NCBI GenBank assembly: GCA_016184305.1
Contig: JACPCX010000176.1
Span: forward strand, 1 to 64,000
DNA: 64,000 nucleotides
DNA from: Candidatus Rokuibacteriota bacterium
GTDB taxonomy: Bacteria; Methylomirabilota; Methylomirabilia; Rokubacteriales; CSP1-6
Reading direction: 5' to 3'
Of the stretch, positions 56,433 to 64,000 are shown piece after piece. Made by a program: the position numbers and the translations under genes. The notes under the pieces are model-generated. The model saw only the letters and a list, made by a program, of their open reading frames with translations, made no database searches and was not told where the DNA came from. Positions within the stretch are counted from its first letter, which is position 1. Each line of letters opens with the position of its first letter.

Positions 56433-57950
56433 GTGCTCGCGCGCGTAACCTCCGCGTCACTTCAGGGGATCCAGGCCGTCGTCGTCTCGGTGGAGGTCGA
56501 CGTCGCCTCGGGTCTGCCGTCCTTCACGACGGTGGGGCTGCCGGATTCCACCGTGCGCGAGAGCCGCGACCGCATCCGCGCGGCCATCCACAATGCGGGC
56601 TTCAGCTTCCCCGTGGACCGCATCACGGTGAGCCTGGCGCCCGCCGATCTGCGCAAGGAGGGCCCGGCCTTCGACCTGCCGATGGCGGTGGCCATCCTCG
56701 CCGCCACGGGAGTCGTGAAGCCGGACCTGCTCGAGCGCGCCGCGCTCCTCGGGGAGCTGTCCCTCGACGGGCGCGTCCGTCCCGTGCGCGGCGTCCTGCC
56801 CGTGGCGCTCCTCTGCCGCCAGGAAAGGATCCCGCTCTTGATGGTGCCCGCCGAGAACGCGCGGGAGGCCGCAGTGGTCGCGGGACTCCACGTCATCCCG
56901 GTGCACTCCATCCACGACACGGTGGAGTATCTCAACGGGGAACGGCCACTCGAGCGGGTGGAGGCGACCGCAGCGGGGGGCATCGAGCCCGCGCCCGAGA
57001 CGATCGACTTCGCCGAGGTGCGCGGTCAGGCCCACGCCAAGCGCGCGCTCGAGATCGCCGCTGCGGGCGGCCACAACGTCCTGATGATCGGCCCGCCCGG
57101 GGCTGGCAAGACCATGCTCGCCCAGCGCCTCGCCACCATCCTCCCGCCGCTGTCGCTGGACGAGGCCATCGAGGTGTCGGTGGTCTGGAGCGTGGCGGGG
57201 CTCCTGTCGGCCGAGCGCGGACTCGTGGACAGCCGCCCGTTCCGGGCGCCGCACCACACGGTGTCCGGGTCGGGGCTCATCGGCGGCGGCGGCGCTCCCC
57301 ATCCGGGCGAGGCGAGCCTGGCGCACCTGGGCGTGCTTTTCCTGGACGAGCTGCCCGAGTTCTCCCGGCGCGTGCTCGAGTCCCTGCGCCAGCCCCTGGA
57401 GGACGGGGTGGTCACGGTCACCCGCGCGGCGGGGAGCGCGTCCTTCCCCGCGCGCTTCCAGCTCGTGGGCGCGGCGAACCCGTGCCGGCGCGGCTGCCGC
57501 TCGGTGGAGACCTGCGCGTGCACGCCCGCCGAGCGCGAGCAGTACCTGGGGCGTCTCTCGGGGCCGCTCCTGGACCGCATCGACCTCCATGTCGAGCTGC
57601 CGGCGGTGACCTACGCCGAGCTCGACGCCGACGCCGCCGGCGAGCCGTCGGCGGCCATCCGGCGACGCGTGGTCGCCGCGCGGGACCGCCAGGCCGCGCG
57701 CTTCGCGGGCACCGACGTGCGCGTCAACGCGCGCATGAGCGGGCGACAGACGCGCCTCTTCTGCCGTGTGCCGGCGGAGGCAGGCCGCTTGCTCGGGCGC
57801 GCCGTCTCCCGGCTCGGCCTCTCGGCGCGCGCCTATCACCGCGTCCTCAAGGTCGCGCGGACGGTTGCGGACCTTGCAAGATGTGAGACGATAGCCGCGG
57901 AGCACGTGTCCGAGGCCCTGCAGTATCGGGCGTTCGACCGCTGCCTCTGA
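56433..57950 (+). CDS. comM: ComM/YifB Mg-chelatase-like AAA+ ATPase
   Basis: VGLPD, GPPGAGKT, FRAPHH, LDELPEF, SGPLLDRID. Confidence 0.93.
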   Translation: MLARVTSASLQGIQAVVVSVEVDVASGLPSFTTVGLPDSTVRESRDRIRAAIHNAGFSFPVDRITVSLAPADLRKEGPAFDLPMAVAILAATGVVKPDLLERAALLGELSLDGRVRPVRGVLPVALLCRQERIPLLMVPAENAREAAVVAGLHVIPVHSIHDTVEYLNGERPLERVEATAAGGIEPAPETIDFAEVRGQAHAKRALEIAAAGGHNVLMIGPPGAGKTMLAQRLATILPPLSLDEAIEVSVVWSVAGLLSAERGLVDSRPFRAPHHTVSGSGLIGGGGAPHPGEASLAHLGVLFLDELPEFSRRVLESLRQPLEDGVVTVTRAAGSASFPARFQLVGAANPCRRGCRSVETCACTPAEREQYLGRLSGPLLDRIDLHVELPAVTYAELDADAAGEPSAAIRRRVVAARDRQAARFAGTDVRVNARMSGRQTRLFCRVPAEAGRLLGRAVSRLGLSARAYHRVLKVARTVADLARCETIAAEHVSEALQYRAFDRCL

Positions 57951-57971
57951 TCTTCTCTCCGGGAGGCCGTC

Positions 57972-58550
57972 ATGACGAGCGCGCAGAGCCCCCATCCGAT
58001 GCGGTTCAGCCGGGAGGGCGCGACCCTCCTCGTGGTGGACGTCCAGGAGCGCCTCTTTCCCGCCATGGACGCCGACCATCGCGAGGAAGTCATGCGCAAC
58101 ATCAAGGTCCTGGCCACGGCGGCGCGGCGGGTCGGGCTTCCGGTGATCGTGACGGAGCAGTACCCGAAGGGGCTGGGCCACACGCTGCCGGAGCTCCGGG
58201 AGACGCTCCCGCCCGACGTCGAGCCCGTCTCGAAGGTGGCCTTCTCGTGCGCGGCGGTGGAGGGGGTGCGCGCGCGCCTCCGGGCAGCGGGCACGCGGCA
58301 GGTCATCCTGGTGGGCATCGAGGCCCATGTGTGCGTGCTGCTCTCGGCGCTGGATCTCCTGGCCGAGGGGTACGGGGTCCACGTCGCCGCCGATGCCGTC
58401 ACCTCGCGCACCCAGGCGAACTGGCGCCTGGCGATGGATCAGCTGCGCCAGGCGGGCGCCGTCGTGACGAGCAGCGAGACCGTGCTGTTCCAGCTGATGG
58501 GCCAGGGTGACACGGACGAGTTTCGCGAGCTGGCCCGGCTGATTCGCTGA
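57972..58550 (+). CDS. Isochorismatase-family cysteine hydrolase
   Basis: VVDVQER, TEQYPKGLG, GIEAHVCV. Confidence 0.92.
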   Translation: MTSAQSPHPMRFSREGATLLVVDVQERLFPAMDADHREEVMRNIKVLATAARRVGLPVIVTEQYPKGLGHTLPELRETLPPDVEPVSKVAFSCAAVEGVRARLRAAGTRQVILVGIEAHVCVLLSALDLLAEGYGVHVAADAVTSRTQANWRLAMDQLRQAGAVVTSSETVLFQLMGQGDTDEFRELARLIR

Positions 58551-58981
58551 TGCCGCGCTACTTCGACGTCCGCTCCACCGTGCTCATCGTGGTGGGGTAC
58601 GGGATCCTTCCCGAGGAGGAGGACCGGCCCATCGCCTACGAGCTCAAGCGCATCATCGACTCGCGGGGCGAGGGCACGGAGAGCCGGATCGCCGTGGTGG
58701 TCACCGACATGTGGGTGCTGAACCAGGAGATGGCCGACCTCTTCCCCGCCATCGCCGTCGGGGGGCCCGGCGTCAACGCCTTCGCGGCCCAGATCTACGA
58801 GGACCTGCCCGTGGCCTTCACCCGCGATCAGCGGCTCTTCATCCAGATGAACTCGGACGCCGGCAAGCGGGTGGCGCTCTGGGGCATGGACCAGCCGGCC
58901 ACCCGCGAGGCCGCGGACCTGTTCGTCAAGGACGGCTTCCTCGACCGCTTCCTCGACCTCGTCTGGCACCGCGACCGCTGA
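58550..58981 (+). CDS. Hypothetical protein (143 aa)
   Basis: TGATG coupling to the upstream gene; strong host codon bias. Confidence 0.8.
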   Translation: MPRYFDVRSTVLIVVGYGILPEEEDRPIAYELKRIIDSRGEGTESRIAVVVTDMWVLNQEMADLFPAIAVGGPGVNAFAAQIYEDLPVAFTRDQRLFIQMNSDAGKRVALWGMDQPATREAADLFVKDGFLDRFLDLVWHRDR

Positions 58982-59019
58982 GCCCCCCGCGCCAGCTGAC
59001 GTGCCCAGTGGAAGTTGGG

Positions 59020-59691
59020 CTAGCGGAGCCTCAGGCCCGTGGGCGGGCGGATATTCGTGTAGGTGACGGTGCCATCGGGAGCCTCGTGACGGTAGATGAC
59101 CTGGGAGGCCTCGCCGCCGGCGTGGATCTCGAGGATCCTCCTCACGTACTGCTGCGTCTCCGGGTACGGTGGGATCCCCCGGTAGTGGGTGACCGCATTT
59201 TCGCCCGCATTGTAGGCCGCCAGCGCCAGCGGCAGATTCCCCGGGAAGCGATCCATCAGATGGCGGAGGTGGCGCACACCCCCCTCGATGTTCTGGCGGG
59301 GGTCGAACGCATCGCGCACGCCGAGCGACGAGGCCGTCTGCGGCATGAGCTGCATCAGTCCCTGGGCCCCCTTCCGGGACACGGCCGACGGGTTGAAGGC
59401 CGACTCCACGCGGATCACGGATTCCACCAGTGCGGAGTCGAGACCGTAGCGAGAGGAGATCTCGCGGATGTCCTCCGCGTACTTCCCGGTGGCCCCCTCG
59501 GGGAGCCGGAGCCAGCCGGCCAGAGTGCCCGACAAGCCTGGAATGCGCCGGTAGCGTGGGTCCGTGGGGGCATTGGTGAAGTGGGTCACGCCATCCGGGT
59601 CGGTGAGCCGATAGGACGCCGCTGCCGCCACGGACGGCAGCTCGGCTGCGATCAAAAGGACGACCACGCCCCAGACGAGTGATGTGAGCAC
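59020..59691 (-). CDS. Exported lytic transglycosylase (SLT) with DUF4124-like segments
   Basis: VESAFNP, GLMQLMP, AAYNAG, PPYPETQQYV; GGAGG SD. Confidence 0.92.
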   Translation of the reverse strand: MLTSLVWGVVVLLIAAELPSVAAAASYRLTDPDGVTHFTNAPTDPRYRRIPGLSGTLAGWLRLPEGATGKYAEDIREISSRYGLDSALVESVIRVESAFNPSAVSRKGAQGLMQLMPQTASSLGVRDAFDPRQNIEGGVRHLRHLMDRFPGNLPLALAAYNAGENAVTHYRGIPPYPETQQYVRRILEIHAGGEASQVIYRHEAPDGTVTYTNIRPPTGLRLR

Positions 59692-59792
59692 GCCGCCTCC
59701 ATACTAAGCGAACCCGCCGGTGACCGCCCACCAAGAAAACGGGCACGGGTCGCCGGCAGGAATTTTCGCCTTGTACTGCACGGAGTTGCGGG

Positions 59793-62222
59793 CTAGTTGT
59801 GCGAGGCGAGCAGCTCCCTGTGGACAGGCTCGGCCGGGACCGGCGCCGGGTCGAGCGCCAGGGCCAGCACCTGGTCCACGGAGTCCACCAGGTGGAACGT
59901 CATGCCTGCCCGCGCCTGGGCCGGCACGTCCTCCACGAGGTTCTTCTCGTTGCGGCTCGGCAGGATCAGCGTTGTCACCCCGGCGCGCCGTGCGGCGAGG
60001 ACCTTCTCCTTGATCCCCCCCACCGGCAACACGCGCCCCGACAGCGTCACCTCGCCGGTCATGGCCAGGCGGGGCCGAAGCGGACGCCGCGTGAGCAGGG
60101 ACACCAGCGCGGTCAGCAGGGTGACGCCGGCCGACGGTCCGTCCTTCGGGATCGCCCCCGCCGGGATGTGAACGTGGATGTCCGAGTGCTCCCAGAAATC
60201 CGGGCGGATTCCGATCTCGGTGGCGTGGGAGCGAACCCAGGAGAGCGCGGCCTGCGCGGACTCCTTCATCACGTCGCCCAGCTGCCCCGTGAGCGTCAAC
60301 GCCTTGCTGCCCCGCATGCGCGTCGCCTCGATGAACAGGATGTCGCCGCCCGCCGCCGTCCAGGCGAGCCCGACGGCCACGCCGGGGACGCGGGTGCGCT
60401 CCTCGAGCTCCTCGAACAGGAACCTGGGCGCGCCCAGCAGCTCGCCGACAAGCGCTTCCGTCACCTCCACGGCGGCGCTGTGCCCCTCCACCCGCCGCTT
60501 GGCAACCTTGCGGGTGATGGCCGCGATCTCGCGCTCGAGGTTGCGCAAGCCTGCCTCGCGGGTATAGCCGCGGATCAGGAGGCGCAGGGCCTCGTCCGTC
60601 CACCGGATGTGCTCGCCCTCGACGAGGCCATGGTCGGCCGTCTGCTTGGGGATCAGGTGCTTCCGCGCGATGTGGACCTTTTCCTCCTCCGTGTAGCCGG
60701 CGATCTCGATGACCTCCATGCGGTCGCGGAGGGCCGGCGGCACCGGGTCCAGGATATTCGCCGTCGTGATGAAGAGCGCCTTGGTCAGGTCGAAGGCCAC
60801 GTCAATGTAGTGGTCGCGGAAGGCGACGTTCTGCTCGGGATCGAGCACCTCGAGGAGCGCCGAGGCCGGGTCGCCCCGGAAGTCCATCCCGAGCTTGTCG
60901 ATCTCGTCGAGCATGAAGACCGGGTTCCGGGACTCGGCCCGGCGCAGTCCCTGGATGATCTGGCCGGGAAGCGCGCCGATGTAGGTGCGCCGGTGGCCGC
61001 GGATCTCCGCCTCGTCACGCATGCCGCCGAGCGAGATGCGGTGGAACTTCCTGCCGAGGGCCCGCGCGATGGAACGCCCCAGCGAGGTCTTGCCCACGCC
61101 GGGCGGGCCGACGAAGCAGAGGATGGGGTCCTTGCCCGCCGGGCGCATGCTCTTGACCGCCAGGTACTCCAGGATGCGTTCCTTGACCTTCTCGAGCGCC
61201 CAGTGGTCCTCGTCCAGGATGGCCCGGGCCGTGGTGAGGTCCCGATTGTCCTCGGTCTCCTTGGCCCACGGCAGCGCGACCAGCCACTCCAGGTAGGTCC
61301 GCGCCACGGTGTACTCGGCGGCGGCCGGGGGCATCTTGGCGAGGCGGTCCAGCTCCCGGAGCGCCTCCTTCCTTGCCTCCTCGGTCATGCCGGCGGCCTC
61401 GATCTTCTGGCGCAGCTCGCCGATCTCCTGGCTGCGCTCGTCGGTCTCGCCGAGCTCCTTCTGGATCGCCTTCATCTGCTCTCGCAGGTAGTACTCCCGC
61501 TGGGTCTTGCCCACCTCGGACTCCACCTGCGACTGGATCTTGGACCCGAGCGTCAGGACCTCGACCTCCTTCGTGAGGCAGGCCGCCAGCCGGCCGAGCC
61601 GCGCCTTGACGGCCTCCGTCTCCAGAAGCTCTTGCTTGACCTGCGTGCTCAGCGCCGGCAGCGAGGCCGCGATGATATCCGCCACCCGGCCGGGCTCGGA
61701 GACATGCTGGACGGCTCCCGTCATCTCATCGGGCAGGAAAGGCGACAGCTCGACGATCTGGCGGAAGAGCGTCACCGCGTTCCGCATGAGGGCCTCGGTC
61801 TCGAGGTCTCCGGCGGCCGGCAACGTCTCCTCCACCACCTCCACGCGGGCCGTGAGGAAGGGACGCGTCTGCACCATCTCGACGATCCGGACCCGCGCGA
61901 TCCCCTGGACGACGAGCCGCACGATCCCGTCGGGCTGCTTGACCACCTTGAGAATCGTCGCGGCCGTTCCCACTCGGTGGAGATCTCCCTGCTGGGGATC
62001 CTCCACGGAGGGGTCGCGCTGTCCGAAGACGCCGATGAGCCGTCCCCCCCGCGCGGCATCCTCGATGAGGCGGACGGAGGTCTCGCGCCCTGCCGCCAGG
62101 GGAACCACCGCCTGGGGGAAGAGGACCGTGTCGCGTAGCGGCAGGATGGACAGCACCTCGGGGACGGTCCCACCCGCTTCCAGCTCTGCGGCTGCTCCAC
62201 TGCCGATCGTTGTCTTCGCCAT
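59793..62222 (-). CDS. lon: Lon protease
   Basis: [40 protein letters not shown] before ATG 62222. Confidence 0.97.
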   Translation of the reverse strand: MAKTTIGSGAAAELEAGGTVPEVLSILPLRDTVLFPQAVVPLAAGRETSVRLIEDAARGGRLIGVFGQRDPSVEDPQQGDLHRVGTAATILKVVKQPDGIVRLVVQGIARVRIVEMVQTRPFLTARVEVVEETLPAAGDLETEALMRNAVTLFRQIVELSPFLPDEMTGAVQHVSEPGRVADIIAASLPALSTQVKQELLETEAVKARLGRLAACLTKEVEVLTLGSKIQSQVESEVGKTQREYYLREQMKAIQKELGETDERSQEIGELRQKIEAAGMTEEARKEALRELDRLAKMPPAAAEYTVARTYLEWLVALPWAKETEDNRDLTTARAILDEDHWALEKVKERILEYLAVKSMRPAGKDPILCFVGPPGVGKTSLGRSIARALGRKFHRISLGGMRDEAEIRGHRRTYIGALPGQIIQGLRRAESRNPVFMLDEIDKLGMDFRGDPASALLEVLDPEQNVAFRDHYIDVAFDLTKALFITTANILDPVPPALRDRMEVIEIAGYTEEEKVHIARKHLIPKQTADHGLVEGEHIRWTDEALRLLIRGYTREAGLRNLEREIAAITRKVAKRRVEGHSAAVEVTEALVGELLGAPRFLFEELEERTRVPGVAVGLAWTAAGGDILFIEATRMRGSKALTLTGQLGDVMKESAQAALSWVRSHATEIGIRPDFWEHSDIHVHIPAGAIPKDGPSAGVTLLTALVSLLTRRPLRPRLAMTGEVTLSGRVLPVGGIKEKVLAARRAGVTTLILPSRNEKNLVEDVPAQARAGMTFHLVDSVDQVLALALDPAPVPAEPVHRELLASHN

Positions 62223-62250
62223 GCTCCTCAATCCTTTCCTGGGCTCTGCC

Positions 62251-62637
62251 CTAGAACAGGTCCACCGGCGACAGGTGAGCCGAGGCGGCCCGCACCAGAG
62301 CCTCGCTCGTCCCGCGCGCGGCCGGGTCCCGGGACTGCGCCGTTTCCGCCCGCACATATCCCAGCAGCTCCTCGATCTGCTGCTGCATGCCGAACATCCG
62401 CCGCCTCATTTTTATGATGATCTCCACGCCCGCCAGATTCACGCCCAGATCCCGCGTGAGCCGGACCAGGCGCGCGATCTCCTCCACGTCCTCGGCGGAA
62501 TACAGGCGCGTCTTGCCCACGGTGCGGCTCGGCCGGATGAGCCCCTTCTTCTCGTACATTCGGAGCGTCTGGGGGTGAAGCTTGAGCATCTCGGCCACCA
62601 CGCCGATCATGTAGAGGGGCTTGCCCTTGTCGGTCAT
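62251..62637 (-). CDS. hspR: HspR-like MerR-family heat-shock repressor
   Basis: LHPQTLRMYE, LGVNLAGV; downstream of dnaK-dnaJ. Confidence 0.88.
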   Translation of the reverse strand: MTDKGKPLYMIGVVAEMLKLHPQTLRMYEKKGLIRPSRTVGKTRLYSAEDVEEIARLVRLTRDLGVNLAGVEIIIKMRRRMFGMQQQIEELLGYVRAETAQSRDPAARGTSEALVRAASAHLSPVDLF

Positions 62638-63647
62638 GTGCGCACCGCGCTCCGGGACTCATCGTGGGGGACCTCCGGCAGAAGCCGGCCGATCTCGCGG
62701 AACAGCTCCTGGGTACGCGCGTCGAGCCCGCGGGGGATCTCGATCCGCACCGTCACGTAGAGGTCGCCCCGGCCCTCGGCCGCGAGCCGCGGCATGCCCC
62801 GGCTCCGGATCCGGAAGACCTGGCCGCTCTGCGAGCCGGGAGGGATCACCAGGTCCACGTCGCCGTGGAGCGTGTGGACCGGGATCCTCGCGCCCAGCAC
62901 GGCCTCGACGATCGTGAGCGGCAGCTCGCTGTAGAGGTTGTCGCCCTTCCGGGTGAAGACCGGATCGTCGTGCACCCGCGTGATCACGATGAGGTCGCCG
63001 CGGGGGCCGCCGAAGGGGCCGGCGTGGCCCTCGCCCGGGATGCGAAGCTGGGCCCCCGTGTCCATGCCCGGCGGAATCACGACGCGAGCCACCGCGCGCG
63101 TCCGGCTCACACCTCGCCCCCGGCAGGCGGGGCAGGGCTCGGCCACTCGCTCCCCGGACCCGTCGCACGCGGGACAGCGCTCGGCGCGCGCCGTCGTCTC
63201 GCCCAACCACACCAGCCCGGCTCCGCCGCAGTGACCACAGCGCACAGGGACGGCACCGGGGGGAGCCCCGGTGGCGCCGCAGGCCTGGCAGTCAGACAGC
63301 CGCTCCACGCTCAGGTCAACGCTGATCCCGGTGACGGCGTGCTGGAAGGCGAGCGCCACCGGGACATGCAGGTCCTCGCCCCGGCGGCCCCCCCGGTGGG
63401 ACTCCTCACCGGCTCCCACCGGCGCAGTGCCACCGGCCACCGCCCCTTGGCGGTCGTAGAGCGTCCGCGCCGACGGATCGCTGAGAACACGATAGGCCTC
63501 GGAGATCTCCTCGAACAGCGCCTGGGCCTCGCGATCCCACAGGTTGACGTCCGGGGAATACCGCCGCGCGAGCCGCTGATACGCCCGGCGGATCTGCGCC
63601 GGCGTCGTGTCGACGCTGATGCCCAGCACCGCGTAGTAGTCACGCAT
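62634..63647 (-). CDS. DnaJ paralog with SPD in place of HPD
   Basis: MRDYYAVLG, YSPDVN, four CxxCxGxG, DnaJ C-terminal domain. Confidence 0.9.
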   Translation of the reverse strand: MRDYYAVLGISVDTTPAQIRRAYQRLARRYSPDVNLWDREAQALFEEISEAYRVLSDPSARTLYDRQGAVAGGTAPVGAGEESHRGGRRGEDLHVPVALAFQHAVTGISVDLSVERLSDCQACGATGAPPGAVPVRCGHCGGAGLVWLGETTARAERCPACDGSGERVAEPCPACRGRGVSRTRAVARVVIPPGMDTGAQLRIPGEGHAGPFGGPRGDLIVITRVHDDPVFTRKGDNLYSELPLTIVEAVLGARIPVHTLHGDVDLVIPPGSQSGQVFRIRSRGMPRLAAEGRGDLYVTVRIEIPRGLDARTQELFREIGRLLPEVPHDESRSAVRT

Positions 63648-63757
63648 ATGGTCGCGGTCGCCCGCCGCCGGCTGCGGGGCCGGTGATGCCCTCGGAGCCC
63701 CCTGTTGCATGGCGGGCGAGGAGGGCGCGCTGGCCCCGCAGCCGGATGGTTGGCGAC

Positions 63758-64000
63758 CTACTTCTTCTCTCCCAGGTCCTTGAACTCGGCGTCGATGACG
63801 TCGCCCTTGGCTGAGCCGCCCTCCGGCTCGCCGCCGGCCGGACTCTCGCCGGGAGCGCCAGGGGTCGCCGCCTGGGCCTCGCGGTACATCACCTCCGCGA
63901 GCCTGTGCGAGACCTTGGTCAGCGCCTCCTGCGCGCGCTTGATGCGCTCGAGGTCATCGCCCTTGAGCGCCTCGCGAGCCTCCCCGAGCGCTCCCTCGAT
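63758..64000 (-). CDS. dnaK: DnaK C-terminus (gene runs off the window; not in ORF track)
   Basis: Own translation ...EALKGDDLERIKRAQEALTKVSHRLAEVMY...GDVIDAEFKDLGEKK*. Confidence 0.9.
   Translation of the reverse strand: MEGALGEAREALKGDDLERIKRAQEALTKVSHRLAEVMYREAQAATPGAPGESPAGGEPEGGSAKGDVIDAEFKDLGEKK

Overview
64 kb of very GC-rich bacterial chromosome, almost all core housekeeping operons. Gene content and order suggest a diderm such as Ca. Rokubacteria/Methylomirabilota (inference only). Order: sugar-nucleotide genes; lepA-lepB-hemW(broken)-hrcA-grpE-dnaJ-rsmE; lpxC-DUF4390-ntrY/ntrX-like; a CPA2 antiporter; a PyrR-attenuated pyr/car operon; a NitT/TauT ABC transporter; yicC-gmk-rpoZ-coaBC-udg-priA-def-fmt-rsmB-rpe; ffh-rpsP-rimM-trmD-rplS-rnhB-yraN-dapA-like; a small islet (RHH/MazF TA + hsdM-hsdS, no hsdR); DinB-like; aminotransferase + Liv-type ABC; comM; and on the minus strand dnaK(3' end)-dnaJ-like-hspR-lon plus a lytic transglycosylase. 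The most unusual signal is intergenic. Several unrelated repeats sit in operon junctions and read as mini-ORFs whose start and/or stop overlap neighbouring genes (RTGA overlaps). The clearest is a chain of five coupled 4-5 aa ORFs linking livH to livM, which suggests junction repeats that preserve translational coupling. Also seen: a CTAG-flanked palindromic MITE family, a sigma-54 promoter with an enhancer-like palindrome before lpxC, and three proteins with degenerate catalytic motifs (PriA, HPRT-like, DnaJ with SPD). No rRNA, tRNA or CRISPR array was seen.
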